Source: Camelus dromedarius (Eukaryota). From it: 64,000 nucleotides of DNA. Where the stretch lies: positions 38,256,001 to 38,320,000 of the forward strand of contig NC_087447.1 in NCBI RefSeq assembly GCF_036321535.1, read 5' to 3'. The first letter of the stretch is position 1, and every line of letters starts with the position of its first letter. The notes below the pieces were generated by a model. The model made no database searches. It was given only the letters and a program-made list of their open reading frames with translations, and had not been told where the DNA came from. Position numbers and translations under genes: made by a program. This document shows, one piece after another, positions 27,425 to 41,538 of this stretch.

Positions 27425-28028
27425 ATATATGACCATACTTTATACTATATGCCACAATAGATTTGGAGGAGTTAAATAATTAAACTGAAATCTATTTTCA
27501 TTTGAAGAGAAAAATTTCAAAAATTTATCATAAAATGTAGGAGACAATACTATAATACCTTTCCTAACAGAAAACAAAATACCTATTTTGGAATACTGAA
27601 GCATTTAAAGAAATCATTAATGTCAAGGCCAGTGGGTTTTAAGCTATAAAGCCCAAAGCCAACTGTTTAATTAAAAAGTGAATTCAACATAAAGGCCAGA
27701 GGAATGAGAAACCACTGAAAATAAATGTCAAATGAAGTTTATTATCTATAATATATAATGGACTGATAAAAATATGAAAGATCAGTTCCCCTTTCTGGAG
27801 AGACAAATAGCCAAAAGACATAACTAACAAAAAATACAAAAAGTAAATAAACACTTGGGAAAATTCCTTGCCTTAATTAATTTTCCCAGATAATCAACTA
27901 TGAAATTTGGCAAATGACATGTCTTAAAATTCTCTTATCTTCTTCCAACCCATCCCCCTTCTAGAACTCTTAAGAACAGGTGAAATTTAGAACAGAAATT
28001 CCTACCATTTAGATATTGTAATCGATTC

Positions 28029-29650
28029 TGTAGTACGCTGCCTACCTAGATCTTCCCTTCAGGACTGAGGCACGCATTCCCCCACCTGCTGTGAGAGTTG
28101 ACTGGTAGCTCTCAGATCAGTCATTCCAAGAACTTCCCTCTCTCAACTAAAGAAGCCACCTTACCCAAGGTCATGCTCCTTTTCTTAAGGGAAGCCACTT
28201 CTAATGACTGGCCAATGACGAGAGGAGGAGTATAATAAAGGCTCTTGCCTCAAGGATGGGCACCCTAAAAGAGCCTTTATTGCAACTACATCACTGTTTA
28301 CTTCTCCCTCTGTTTAAGTTACCACCGAGAGAGACACTGAGCCCCCAACACAGCATCATTCTTCCAGGAGACCAACCAGTTATTAGGTGACAAGTTGATT
28401 ATACTGGAAGGGGCAGTGATTAATTTTGACTGGAATAAATATATATTTGGGGTATGGGTTTGCCTTCCCTGCTCTCAGGGCCTCAGCCAGCACCACGATC
28501 TGAGGGTATATAGAGTGTTTGATCCACCAACATGGAACCCTATAATATTTTTACTGGACCCAGGAACCTGTTTCAAACAGAGTAGGTGAAACATGACACA
28601 TGACTGTAGAATCCTTTCTTCCTATTTTATACCACACTACACAGAAGCTGTCAAATTTACAGAGTGATGAAATGATCTTTGAAGGTGCAACTGGGATACC
28701 ACTTTGGAGGTGATACCCTACAAAGATGGAGTGACATCTTCTAAAATGCAGCATACACATTAAATCAATAATTTTTGTATAGGACCATGTTCTCAATAGG
28801 TTTAATACATGTTTCTGGAATCCTGGGGAAGGAAGTAGGAGTGGCCCTGGGCCCTGCTTACCATCACTCACAGTGACCAATTGTGGTATTTATGCTTCTT
28901 GTTCCAACAACTCTGGACTCTATGTTTCAAGGTCCTGGTGATTAACTGAGTAGTTCTTTGCTCAATTTTGATGGTAAATGAACAGCAACCACCTGAGAAG
29001 AGCATGGTAACCAGAGGCCCACCAGGTAAATGACCTACACAACAGAGCTGAGGGTGAGCAAAGTGAAAATGGGTTATAGAGTAGGGAGACAAGGAGTATC
29101 AGTTAACCTTCAGACTAGGAGCAGTACTAGGGGCTGTAGTTTGTCCCACTAACCTTCCTTTTTTAAGTTCCCCTAAGAAAAGAGACAAAACAGGATCCTG
29201 GAGGAACTGTTTCTAGAACTTAATAATAGTGAGTGGATCCAATGCAGCGGATTGGCTATAATGATGCCATGGTGTGCCATTCACATTCTCTTTTTTGGAT
29301 TGAGGCAATCATTTCCTCACCTGCTAGGCATATTGGCATCTGATGGCTCTCAGACAAATCTCTCTTCTGATACTGTCCTCAGCTGAAGAGAGTCACCTCA
29401 CCAAGCTCACAGGCAGCCCACATCCAATGACTAGTTCATGCCCAGGTGTGAAGGCCCAGCCCTCTTTGATCCAAGGCAGGATAGAGTGCTCCACAGTCTG
29501 GCTTTGTTGTGACCCCACTGCTGTTCAACTTCTCCTTGTACATAATCTTACCTCCTTTGCTGGTACCGAATCCCTGGGCACTCTCCAGAAAACTTCCTAC
29601 ACGCAAATATCCATCTCAGAGTCAGTTTCTAGGGGACTCAGTATGCAACA
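28029..29650 (+). mobile_element. Decayed ERVL provirus remnant: two LTR16-like segments around internal pol/integrase fragments
   Basis: Similar segments at ~28030-28320 and ~29265-29650 (ggactgaggcacgcattcc vs ggattgaggcaatcatttcc); internal gacaagttgattatactgga resembles ERVL integrase [W]QVDY[I]G. Confidence 0.65.
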
Positions 29651-31299
29651 ATCAGGGGTTTTTGGTTTTTGTTTTTTGTTTTTTAGCAGAAAAGACTAAC
29701 ACACAAGGCTTTGTGTGACTATTATAGAGACATTAAGAATCCCTGGGTAATCTATATCTAGAAAGTTCATTTACCTCACTAGCAACAGTGACAGTACTTC
29801 TTCTCCTTTGGAGAGTTCATTTTCCTGGGGTTCCATTGCATGTGCTGAATACTAGAAGTAGCCAGGAATCCTTTCAGTTCTGCTTCTGTTTAAAGGTCAT
29901 TTCCGTTCTTCTTCAGCTCTCTGGTTGTGTCAGACCCTGAGCTTCTCTATCCCATCCTTCCAGAAAGCCACTGGTCCCACTAGCTGGCACTTGTCTTCCT
30001 CCATCCATAGTCAAATAAGTTCTAGATGTTGAGAGAGTTGTGGGAATCTTTACATTGTCACCAGGAGGAGGGGAACTTAAGTTCCTCTGGCTGGCAGTCA
30101 CCGTCTTATTTCTGTTTCTTTCCTTTGCCCCCATTGCTTTTCTCTCATGATCAGAGTTGAGTCACTTCCTTAGTTCACCATGTCTTCAAGTCCTTCCGCC
30201 CACTGTGATGTCAACACCTTTTTATAGTAAATCTCTGTATTACACTTTCAAATTTTATTATTATTATTGTATTATTACACTTTAAAAGTCCTGAATGACA
30301 AAGCCATAAGTGGGAACTAAGCTTTTCATTCCTTCCTTCTTTCCTTCTTCCAGTAAATTTCTTATGTACCAACTCTGAGTCATCTCTTAAGTGAAGCTAG
30401 GCTGTACCTACCCTTATTTAAGGTTATTAAATATGATATTAGGGACACAACCATTCCTTCTTGAGATGTCCCTAGGGGCCAAAGTTGGCAACAGATTGCA
30501 GGTCTGTCTGAGTCTTGTAGTATATCCCACTGGGACAACAACTCAGAGCTCATGCCCTTGGATGAAGGGTATATTAACAGCATTCTCTTTGTGTAGGAAG
30601 GCCTCCAAGTTTCGTAAAGGCCCACTATATTTAGTGTAGGAAAGTGAAATATCCCTAACCAGTAGATTGCTTTCAAACAGCCAGTCTTCAAAGGCCAACT
30701 GGGCAGGAGGCTGGAAACCACAACCCAGCCCCCCTTCCAGTGGCTCCTTTAAGACATCAGGCCCTCTTGTGCACTTCTAAATCAAGAGTCACATAAAACT
30801 GGACCTTCTCCATCCTCACATTGTTGTTGACATTAGTCTGAAGCCTGGACACACTTCTCCACCTTTCTACAACCTCCAGGTTTCTGACCTTGCAATCATT
30901 CTTCCATATATAGCTTTGACTCTCCCTCAGGACATAGCTTGGGGTCAGCAGAGGGAACTACTGCTCCTCTTCACATTATCTCAAAGCACAGTCTTTTCAA
31001 ATGGAAAAATATGTAGAAGGTAGACAAAAATTGTGACTTCTGATATGACTACTCCTCTGGTTGCAGAAACTTACTTGTCTTTTGTTCATCCTTTGTATTC
31101 TACCATGGGCACCATTTCTCTGACTTTGACTTCACACTTCTGTTTTGTTCCTGAGTCAGGACTCAGGTACCCTCATACTGGGACAAATCAAAGAAAGCTG
31201 AAAGAAGGAAGATAAATTGTACCACAGAACCCTGGGAACTGAAGGCTCCAGTGCCTCTAAAGATGGGAATATGAGATGTCGGTGGAAAGAAAAGCTTCT

Positions 31300-33330
31300 T
31301 TGAAGATCTCGGGATCAGTTGGATCCCGAGATCTTCCCTATAGCACAGCCAACTGACTACCTAGAAGAAGCCACGCAGTTTATTCTCTTAGAGGCTATGT
31401 CAAAGGCTCTCAGTTTGGTGACCAGATATAGCTGAAGAAAGGGGGATTAAATAGAAGTCTCTGTAAGGAAAATAACTTCCTCTCACCCTTATCCCCCAAC
31501 TTTTTCCCCCTGATAATCTCCCAGAAGGCTAAAAGCCAGATTTCTAAACTCCCATGCCAAAGAATATCTTTGACTAACTTACTAACCAGCCTAAGAGAAA
31601 ATATCTTCAAATAATAACATTTGAAGGTCCCCTCCACCCTCCGCCACAACGTGCGTGACACTACTGCGAAGCCCAACAGTCAGTAAGCTCTGCCCACAGG
31701 GGGCATTTAAGTGCCTCACTCTTGAATATGAATAGACAGCCATTTATTAAAAATTACTAATGTAAAATATAAACAAAAAGACTTCAGAGTGAAGTGATAA
31801 TGTAGGAAACAGAAGGAAACATCAAGCACTAAAATGAATGCCCTTAGGAGAGGTAAGAGAAGATATTGCATCCATAAAATAAGAACAGGACACCATTAAA
31901 AAACAAAGCAAAACAAAAACATGGCTAGGAGGGAAAGGACAATCAGAGAACCAGAAAGAGCTTTAGAAAATAAAAACATGACAGCAGAAATTTAAAAATT
32001 CAATAGAAGAGTTGGAAGACAAAGAAAATCTCTGGGGAACAAAAGGAAAGATAAGAAGAAAACTAGATCAGTTCAAGTGACCCAATAACTAAACCAAAGG
32101 TTCTAGAGTGAGCAGAGAAAATGGAGGGGAGGGGATCACTAAAATAAAAAGTTTCTCAAAACTGAAGGAAATGTATTTTCAGACTGAAATGGCCCATGGT
32201 GTTGAGGTTCATTCTGCACAGTGGATGAAAGAAGACCCTAATCTAAGGTGAATCATCATGAAATTTCAGAAAGTTAGGGGGGGAAAGGAAGATCTTAAAA
32301 CCTTCCACAGAAGAGGAAAAAAATCTTCGAGTCCCATAGGAGGTACCTAATGTCAGACTTTTCAATAGCAATATGGAAATCTAGAAGACAAAGAAGCAAT
32401 GCCTTCAAAACCTGAGGAAAAATTATTTCCAACCCAAAATTCGATACCCAGACTACCTACCATGCACGTGCACTGCTAAAATAAAGAATTTTCAGGCATG
32501 CCAGTCCTCAAAAATTTTACCTTTCATGAACTTTTTCTCAGGAAGCTATTGCAGGATGAGCTCCACCAAACCAAGTGAGTAAACCAGAGGAAAAAAATGA
32601 GTTCTAGGAAACAAGAGATCCAATAAAAAAGAGATATAGAAGGAACTCCCAAAATGATGAAAAAGGGAAGTTGCAGCCTGACAACTGGGCAGCTAGCCTG
32701 GAGAGCAACCAGTCCAGACCAGAGCTGGACAATGAAAAGCTCCAGGATGACATCCAGAAGAAATGTCTGTGAGAAAACAAACAAAACTGATCGAGTGAGA
32801 GATTTATAATTCTGTCAGAGGGCTTGGGCAGAAATTAGTGATTGCGCCATGGAAACTGAAGTTAAAAAGGACAATTATTAACCTAAGGGAAAACAAAATG
32901 ATTATAGAAGACACAAAGTGAGCAGCAAGCAGCTCACCTGTGAACAGTATTTCCATAGGCATAATGATGTAAACACTGAAAAAGGGTTTATTCAAGATTG
33001 TGATATAATTATAATGAGAAGATAGTTGTAAGTGAAGGGTGTGTGTTATAGTGGGTGCTGTAAGAAAACGAAATCCTATCCTCCATAATAGGAAATTAGG
33101 AGATAATGCCAAAACTGAAAAGTCAAGTTAAAAAAAACACACACAAATAAGCACCAGAAGAAATACCTAAAAGATGTAACTATAGTTGGCTCTGTAGAGT
33201 GGAAATTAGAGGTGAGGAGGAGTAGGCAAAGGGACTGCCATTTTGTTTTGTTGTTGGTAAAAGCCTTGTGTTTGACTTTTATACTATCTGCTTAAATTTT
33301 TTATTTTAAAAAAGACTAAAGTTTAAAAAA
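31300..33330 (+). mobile_element. Ancient L1-related (ORF1/HAL1-like) fragments
   Basis: A-rich; agcaatgccttcaaaa, aattatttccaacc..aatt ORF1-type motifs. Confidence 0.6.
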
Positions 33331-34039
33331 AAAACAAGTGAGTTAGAGAGGAAATAAGGGAGAAGAGAAAACCAGGGTAGAAAAAAATAAGATGAAATCA
33401 GAAGTAATATTAGATCCAGTACACATCACTGCTAAAGATAGGCTGAAAATTGGGTTCAGAGCTTTTTAGCAGCCAGCACAAAGTGGGCAATGTAATCATT
33501 TATACAGTTTCACAATGTCCAAGAGATAAAAACAAACCACCCAGGAGAAATATATCTATTCCTGGTACTGAGATCTGAGAGACAGTTTTTCCATCTGTCC
33601 TCCTAAAGAGGACACCATGTGACGTAGTGAACCACATCCTCATCAACTTGCCTACAGTAGATGTAATAATAAGCTTATAGAGCTGTTTCTTATCCTATCT
33701 CTCAACGAAGGTTGATGGCAAAATGCCAACACAGAGTCCAGTAAAAGCAATTCCGTGAGAAGATAAAAATCTGCTCTCTCCAGACAGATAATAAAGCACA
33801 GTGGCTAGCATATAGGTCTGGGTTCCAAATCCATCTCTTAAGAAAGTCACTCAACTACTCTGCACTCAGTTTTCTCATCTATCTAGAATCATCTCCGAGG
33901 ATTTTATAAGGATTAAGTAAGTATACGCATCAGAAGTAGTTAAAGCAATGCCTGGCATGTACAAGCCCTCAAAATAAAAGACACCTATTATTCAGAGAAA
34001 TGGGGGTTTTTATGGATCTTGTATGTTAAGACTACAGTA

Positions 34040-35590
34040 AACAAGACAGTGTGGTATTGGTGAAGGGATAGAGACGTAGATAAGTGGAGTGGTACAGGGA
34101 AATAGACCCACACAAGTATAGCCAATGGATCTTCGACAAAACTGCAGAACAATTCAGTGGAAAAAAGATGGTTTTTTCAACAAATGGCACTAGAGCAATT
34201 GGATGTCCATAGGCAAAGAAACTTCAACTCAAATTTCACATCTTACACAAAATAGCTCAAAAAAGATCATAGATTTAAATGTAAAATGTGAAACTATAAA
34301 ACTTTGAGATGAAAACAAAGGAGAAAATCTTCAGAACCTAGGACTAGGTGAAGAGCTCTTAAATGTGATACTCCAAGCATAATCCATAAGAGAAAATTTG
34401 AAAATTGGACTCATCAAACTTTAAAATTTTTGCTCTGCAAATGATCCTCTTGGGAGAATGAAATACAAGATACAGACTGGGAGAAAAGTGTTTGCAAATC
34501 AAAAAATATTACAAAAAGTATTACAAACCAAACATCTGTAAAGGACTGTAAAAAAAAAAAAACCTTCAAAAATTGACAGTAAGAAAACAATACAATTAGC
34601 AAATGGGCAAAGACATGAAGAGACGTTTCTGTAAAGATGATATATAGATGGCAAATAAAAATGTGTTCAACACCATTAGCCACTAGGGAAATGCAAATTA
34701 AAACCATGATGAAGCATCACTATACATCTATGAGAATGGCTAAAATACAGAATAATGACAAAACCAAATGCTGGCAGAGAAATTGGCTTTATCATATATT
34801 GCTGTTGGTAATGCAAAATGGAATAGCTACTTTGCAAAATAGTTTGGCAATTTCTTAAAAAACTAAACATACACTTAACATATGACCTAGCAATCACACT
34901 CTTAAGCATTTATCCAGAGAAATGAAAATTTATGCCCACACAAAAACATATAGAGAAATATTTATTGTAGCTTTCTTTGCAACAGTCTAAAATTGGAAAC
35001 AAGTCAAATATCCTTCAATGAGTGAATAACTGAGCAATAGTATGTCCATATCACAGACTATTACTCAGCAATAAAAAGAAACAAACATACATATAACAAC
35101 TTGGATGGATCTCAGAAGAATTATGCTGAGTGAAGAAAAACCAGTCTCAAAAGACTGCATACTGTATGATTTCTTTACATAACATTCTCAAAATGATAAA
35201 ATTATAGAGATGGAAGACAGATTAGTGGTTCTAGAGATTTCGGTTGGGGGAGGGTAGGAGCATGGTGTGACCATAAAGGGGTAGGATGAGGGATCTTTGT
35301 GGTCATAAAGCAGTTCTATATCTTCATTGCGATTATGGTTACAGTAATCTACACATATGATGAAACTGCATAGAACTATGCACACACACACATACATTAA
35401 AACTGGTGAAATCTGAGTATGAATAAAGTCTGTTGATTGTACCCAGATCAATATCCTGGACTTGATATTATACTATAGTTAGGTAAGATATTATCACTGA
35501 GGGAAACTGGATAAGGGGTTCACTAGACCTCCCTGTACTATGCAATTTCCTGTGAACATGTAATTATTTCAAAAAAAAGTTTTAAAAATA
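34040..35590 (+). mobile_element. Old L1 (ORF2 end and 3'UTR)
   Basis: ORF-track REMQIKTM; aagacagtgtggtattgg; 3'UTR motifs. Confidence 0.88.
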
Positions 35591-37726
35591 GATAGTATGA
35601 AAATATTAGGTAAATCCTATAAAAAATCTTTCTAATTTGGGGATTAAAGTTACCTTTATTTAGCAAACTCTACAGATTGTATAAAATGATTATTTAAACA
35701 TTTGAAAGGTTGGTAGAAACTGTAGAAACTCATCTAAGAATAGTGCTTCTTTCAAAAAATAGTGAAGGCAAAGCAGGGTGTGTATGTGTGTACAGGGAGG
35801 TGTTAATGCAGGTGTTCACTGTTCCAAGAAGACAATAAGCACATTTTCAAGAGTCCTTCAGAATGGCACTTACTACTATAGACCAGAGTCTGGCCCTCAG
35901 GTTTTCAATTCACAAACCTCATTTTCTTGCAGACTGAGCATGGATTCCCATTAACTGAGCTCACAACACTGATATGCCATACACGACTATCTCAGCCGCA
36001 TGCAGATATGCGAGAAAAGCCAACTTACTTTGAACTCCAAACTCATATCCGACAACCTGGAGGGATTTCAACCTAAGCAATCCTTCTAAAGGCATCACTG
36101 GTTTGGTTAGTGTCCAGACACTCACTTTTGTAGTCTGAAGGGTACTCCCAGGAATGGTGACTGCAGCTTTTGTGACACTTGGAACTTGGGGAGTGTTCAG
36201 TGCCTCGGATCCAGCCTGCCTGGGTACTCCATACAGACTTTTTCCTCTGTCTTAACATCTTCTCAAGCTCTGACATCTCCCCGTACCCAGCTTCAGGGAA
36301 ACTCCTAGAGTAGTCTCTTACTTCTCTAAGAGCCTTTCTGTCTCCATCCTGCAAACATCCAGTATCATCTGATCAATCAGCTTAACTTTTCCAGAAGGCG
36401 GGAAAAACCACTAACTTGAAGCTGCTTCTAGTTTTCCTCCTACCAAAATCTCTATGGTAAAGAATTATAATGCCTTACTACCTTCTGAAATGTGGGGGGA
36501 AATATAGGAGAACAAAATAAAGTTAATATTTTAACACATCATTCTGCCAAAACTACACTGAACCAGAAAAGCCACTTTATTAATTTGCAATGAGCAATGA
36601 ATGTCATAGCCACAGGTCAGAGCCCCGTGGCTAGCCCATTCTCCCCTCTTTAAAGTAAACATGCAAGATTCTAGTTAAACTGTAGTTGGTGAGACTGAAA
36701 ACAGGACCAGAGGTGTTAGAATAATTCAGCATTTAAAGGAGTCAGGCTGTCAGCCCAATTTATCAATCCCACAACAGAGATACTCATGTCATGCTAAGGG
36801 AGCTGGAAACACTGTTAGTTCATTGGCTATAATCTCCTGGATCCATGTTCACTTTAAGAATGTCCTTGCCAGTGGAGTTGCAATATTCAGAGCCACTTGG
36901 CTGGGACTTTGTCTCCCAGAAGAGCACATGGATGAACACCACCACCATTTGTCCTAGAGACTGTCCTTTTTCTATGCTTCCACAACCTCTTCCATCATAT
37001 AACAGGCCAGTCCTGCTGGCCTAGGAAGCACGTCTCTTCTGGATGATTTTGCATAGATCTGTTCCAATCAATCGCAAAGGGACTTTAAACTGAATTTTCA
37101 AAGAGCCATATAATTTCTTTGATCTTAAGTTAGCCTACCCACCACATCGTGATAGTGGTACATATATAACTAATTATATTAGAAGATCTTCAATGTGGGA
37201 TTCTAAATACCAGAAGCATCTGAACAAAGGTATTATCTTAAACAGTGTAAAAATAATTATACATTTAAAATCACATCATTGCAACCATTGAAGAATAGTT
37301 AATTATCACATGCAACATGCATGATGATAGGGAAGATCTGCTGTATGCAAATGATCCAATAATAATGTCACTGAAGTCAGATTTTTAAAGTTGAGTGTAC
37401 ACTGTTAAGTATTGAGTGGTCTCACTATAAAATTTCTTGAGTATTTATGTTTTGGTTGGCTACAATATCTTTCTGGATTATTGTAGGAGTGTTGTGTTGG
37501 GATACCTAATCCTCAGACATATCAATAATCTAGTACAGGACAGGCAAGTCCATGGCATTTCCTCCCACTCTTTGCAGAGAAATAATGGAAGTCCTAGAGA
37601 AGGTATTGTACTCCAAATTTGTAAAGCGCTTAAAAGCAGTCTTAATGGCAATTCCTTACCTATACATCTATGTGTATATCAAGAATTATTATCCTATTTT
37701 CTATTTTATAGAAGAATAAGAAAATA

Positions 37727-37744
37727 TAATTAATAATAGTAATA

Positions 37745-37797
<53 letters not shown>
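37727..37797. repeat. (TAA)n microsatellite in a pseudogene intron
   Basis: About 22 TAA/TAG units. Confidence 0.95.
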
Positions 37798-37798
<1 letters not shown>

Positions 37799-39374
37799 TT
37801 TCAAGGTAATTTTTCCTATAAAAAGTTTAACAAGTTCCATCACCCATGGCAGCAAGAATAAAACTCAGACTGAGCCTCTCCCTCAAACTCTGTTTATTTA
37901 CCTTGTATTCTCTAAGTATCCTCTACTTGACTTATTTCTCTTTTCAATCCTTTTTCCTTCTCTAGTTTCCGTAAAATGGCATAAGCAGGGTACTCGTTAC
38001 TAATAAGATCTTCCTAATCTTAATGAATTCATTATATCCAATAAAGCCAGAAAAGACACCAGCCAACAGGCCTCATGAATAATTTTGTAATAGCTTTATC
38101 TATCAAAATGAATAGCACATTAGGGCTTCTGAAGTAATTCCAGTATAATTTTTAGGATCCCAAAGCAGTATATAAGAAACTGAAGTTTTTTTAAGTTCAT
38201 TTCAACTGGTTTGGGAGTGAAACTTAACATAATTTTTCTATCAAGTTGTGCTGTTTTATTTTGATTTGATTCCTTGACTATTTATGAAACACATGAATGT
38301 TTATGAAATACATGAATATATTTACTCTGAGCTTTGCCTTCCTCCAGCTCATGCATAACGACCCTTTTTTACTTATGTAAACTTGAAATAATAATAATAA
38401 GCTAGTTGTGTTCAGCTCTGTCCTTTGAGATGAAGAGATGCAGTCATAGCCCCAAAGGGCAGTCATATGGTCTCCATGTCCTCTCAGCAAGATTACAAGC
38501 AAAGACTGTGCTCAGAATCTGTTCAGATGACCATTTCATCTAAGATACATTTTTGTTAAATACAGAACACCAGTCATTAGGGGAACATGAGGCTTAGAAG
38601 AATTAACATGTTTTGTTTTGCTAGACAAAAAAAAAAAAAAAAAATCCAGTCCCACGTATTATTATTACCTACTGACTCCACTTTACTGCAGTTGGAGCAT
38701 CAGGACAGAATCTGTTCTTGTCCTCATGGCCAGAGCTCCAGCTTTGCACACATTTTGCGACACTCATTTGGCCAGAAAGATCCAAGGCGCACGGAGAGCT
38801 GCCTCCTATTGCCTACGTGTTGTATAAGGTGGCAAGAACATCTCTTTAGGTTTGGTTTTCACTGCCAGAAATTAAAAAATCAGATTACTGCACATAATGG
38901 GGCTCATTCTTGGAGGCTAGAGTAAGATTGAGAAGCCTTTCAGTCCACTTATCAAAATGCTTACAGTTCCCATTTCATTGTGGATGAAACAATAAATATT
39001 GAGCAAGGGAAGTTAATCCTGATCCAGAGTATTATATTAAGGTAAACAACAAAAGTTGTGCAGATCTCAGGCAATGAGTTTCCTATTAAAATTTACAGCA
39101 ATCCATGGGCACATTTCTTTAAAAGCCATAGACATCGTGATGCATCTTTTTCACTACTGATTCTGTTATGAGTCCAAAGGAAAAACAAAAAGTAATCACA
39201 AACATCAGGGTTGTTGGTTTTTTTTTTTTTTTAAATCAGTATTTTTCTTTTAGGAGCAAAGCAGATCTAGGACTGGTAGGGACCTATCACATAATGTTGT
39301 CCACAGAGTAGTATCAATGCATGTTTTTCTATACTAAAATATTATATAGCAAGTGTCTTCTAAAGATACCTTTT

Positions 39375-39931
39375 TTAAATTTTATTTTTTAATTTTTAAT
39401 TTTATTTTTTTAACTTTTTTTTATTGAGTTATAGTCATTTTACAATGTTGTGTCAAATTCCAGTGTAGAGCACAATTTTTCAGTTATACATGAACATACA
39501 TATATTCTTTGTCACTTTTTTTTTCGCTATGAGCTACCACAAGATCTTGTATATATATCCCTGTGCTATGCAGTATAATCTTGTTTATCTATCCTACATA
39601 TGCCTGTCAGTATCTACAAATTTTGAACTCCCAGTCTATCCCTCCCCCCCACCCTTGGCAACCACAAGTTTGTATTCTATGTCTATGAGTCTGTTTCTGT
39701 TTTGTATTTATTTATTTATTTTTTAGATTCCTCATATAAGCGATCTCATATGGTATTTTTCTTTCTCTTTCTGGCTTACTTCACTTAGAATGACATTCTT
39801 CAGGAACATCCATGTTGCTGCAAATGGCATTATGCTGTCATTTTTTATGACTGAATAGTATTCCATCATATAAATATACCACATCTTCTTTATCCAGTCA
39901 TCTGTTGATGGACATTTAGGCTGTTTCCATG
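39375..39931 (-). mobile_element. Young lineage-specific L1 3' end
   Basis: Patterned T-rich tail; TSD taaaga(t/c)acctttt at 39361-39374 and 39932-39945. Confidence 0.9.
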
Positions 39932-41498
39932 TAAAGACACCTTTTAATTTGACCTTTTAACCAGTATAGGCTGGGTGTGAGGGAAGGTAGTTCAAAATGA
40001 GGTTATTACAGCCTTATACTTAGTATTTTTATACTTTGTTTTATATTTGGGTATTTTTAACATATTTGTGACTTATAATGGAAATTTATTTATGTTTTTG
40101 GTTATTTATGTTGTATGTACCTATCCAAATAATATGTGTGTATCTGTGTGATATGTATACCCAGAGGTGTGCTGGTAAGTCAGACCTTCAAATAAATAAA
40201 GTCCTGGTTTATTGCATTTGCCAAGTTCCCTGCTGTAAATACTCCCACCATGGCCAATTTCAAGCTACCCTTATGATGACACTGAATGTGGAGTTGGCAA
40301 GAGATGTGACTATTTGGCTCCAGGACACCACTGTATCTATGAGAGAGAGAGAGTGTGTATGTGTGTGTGTGTATACACATGTAAATATACATGTGTATAT
40401 AAAGATATGTGTACATACACTCCTGTGTGTGTAGGTCTGTATACACCACAGAAACACAAACACACCTACACACACACCAAGAGGGCTATGGAGTAGTGAG
40501 GAAGATTGAAACCAGTGCAATCCCACCTCTACCACCCACTAGTTATTTGAACTTGGACAAATCACTTAACTTTTCTGTGCCTCAGTTTCCTCTTCTGCAT
40601 AAAGAACATAATAATAGTACTACCTAGTAGACATATGGTAAAGGTTAAATAAATTAACATACGTAAAGTGCTAACAACAGTGACACTTGAGTGCTATATA
40701 TTAGTTATAATTGTTGTTGTTGCTATTAATATTATTATCCACATATAACTATGTGTATGTACTGATTGGTCAGGATCTGACCCACCAAAAGCAGCTGATG
40801 CTCCTCTTCCATTTCCTCCTCTACTCCCCAACCTCTGCCCCATCTTTCTCCTCCTCTCATTAGCAGGTTCAAGTTAGCCTTGTAGGGATTAAGTTCTATC
40901 CCAATCAGAATCAAATCTTTAGACCTGAGGCAGGAGCTGTTCTGTTACCAAGTCTCAAGTTGGCTGCCTTACCTACTTGTCCCTATCAGTCCCTGGAGAG
41001 CTCCCCTTGCTGGAGCATTACCCTGGGTGTTTGGCTGCCTATCTTCATTCCCCAGTCTTTGAGTTCATCAGGTTGCCTCTCCTATTGGTTTCTGACTGGT
41101 GGCTTGCCCTGATCCTTGCTTTGAATGAGAACCTGGATGTCTGGACCTTAACCTTATGACCTTGCTATTGTTTGGATTCCTGACTGATGATCTTGTTCTG
41201 GAGCTTTCCCAATTCCTATCCATTTTTACTTCACTTCCAATTCTCTTGATCTAGAATATCTATAATTATGATGGCCATTCAACTTGGGTTTTCCAAATAG
41301 GGTCAATTTTAGATGTTCTGTCCTTTTGATTCTAGTGTTTTGGTATACAAAGTATATTGTCCAGAGAAATTTTGATGCCAGAAAGAACTCCAAAACCCCA
41401 TAGTCAAAACATGTCCTTTTTTTAAAAAATATTCAGAACATATGATCATGGTTTGTCTTATCTTTTAATAAATTCCAATACTCAAGGGACCACCAGTT

Positions 41499-41538
41499 GT
41501 TTTTTTTTCATTGAAGTGTAGTCGATTTACAATGTTGC
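41499..41538 (-). mobile_element. 40-bp extremely 5'-truncated L1
   Basis: T-run plus cattgaagtgtagtcgatttacaatgttg; perfect TSD agggaccaccagtt (41485-41498, 41539-41552). Confidence 0.9.
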
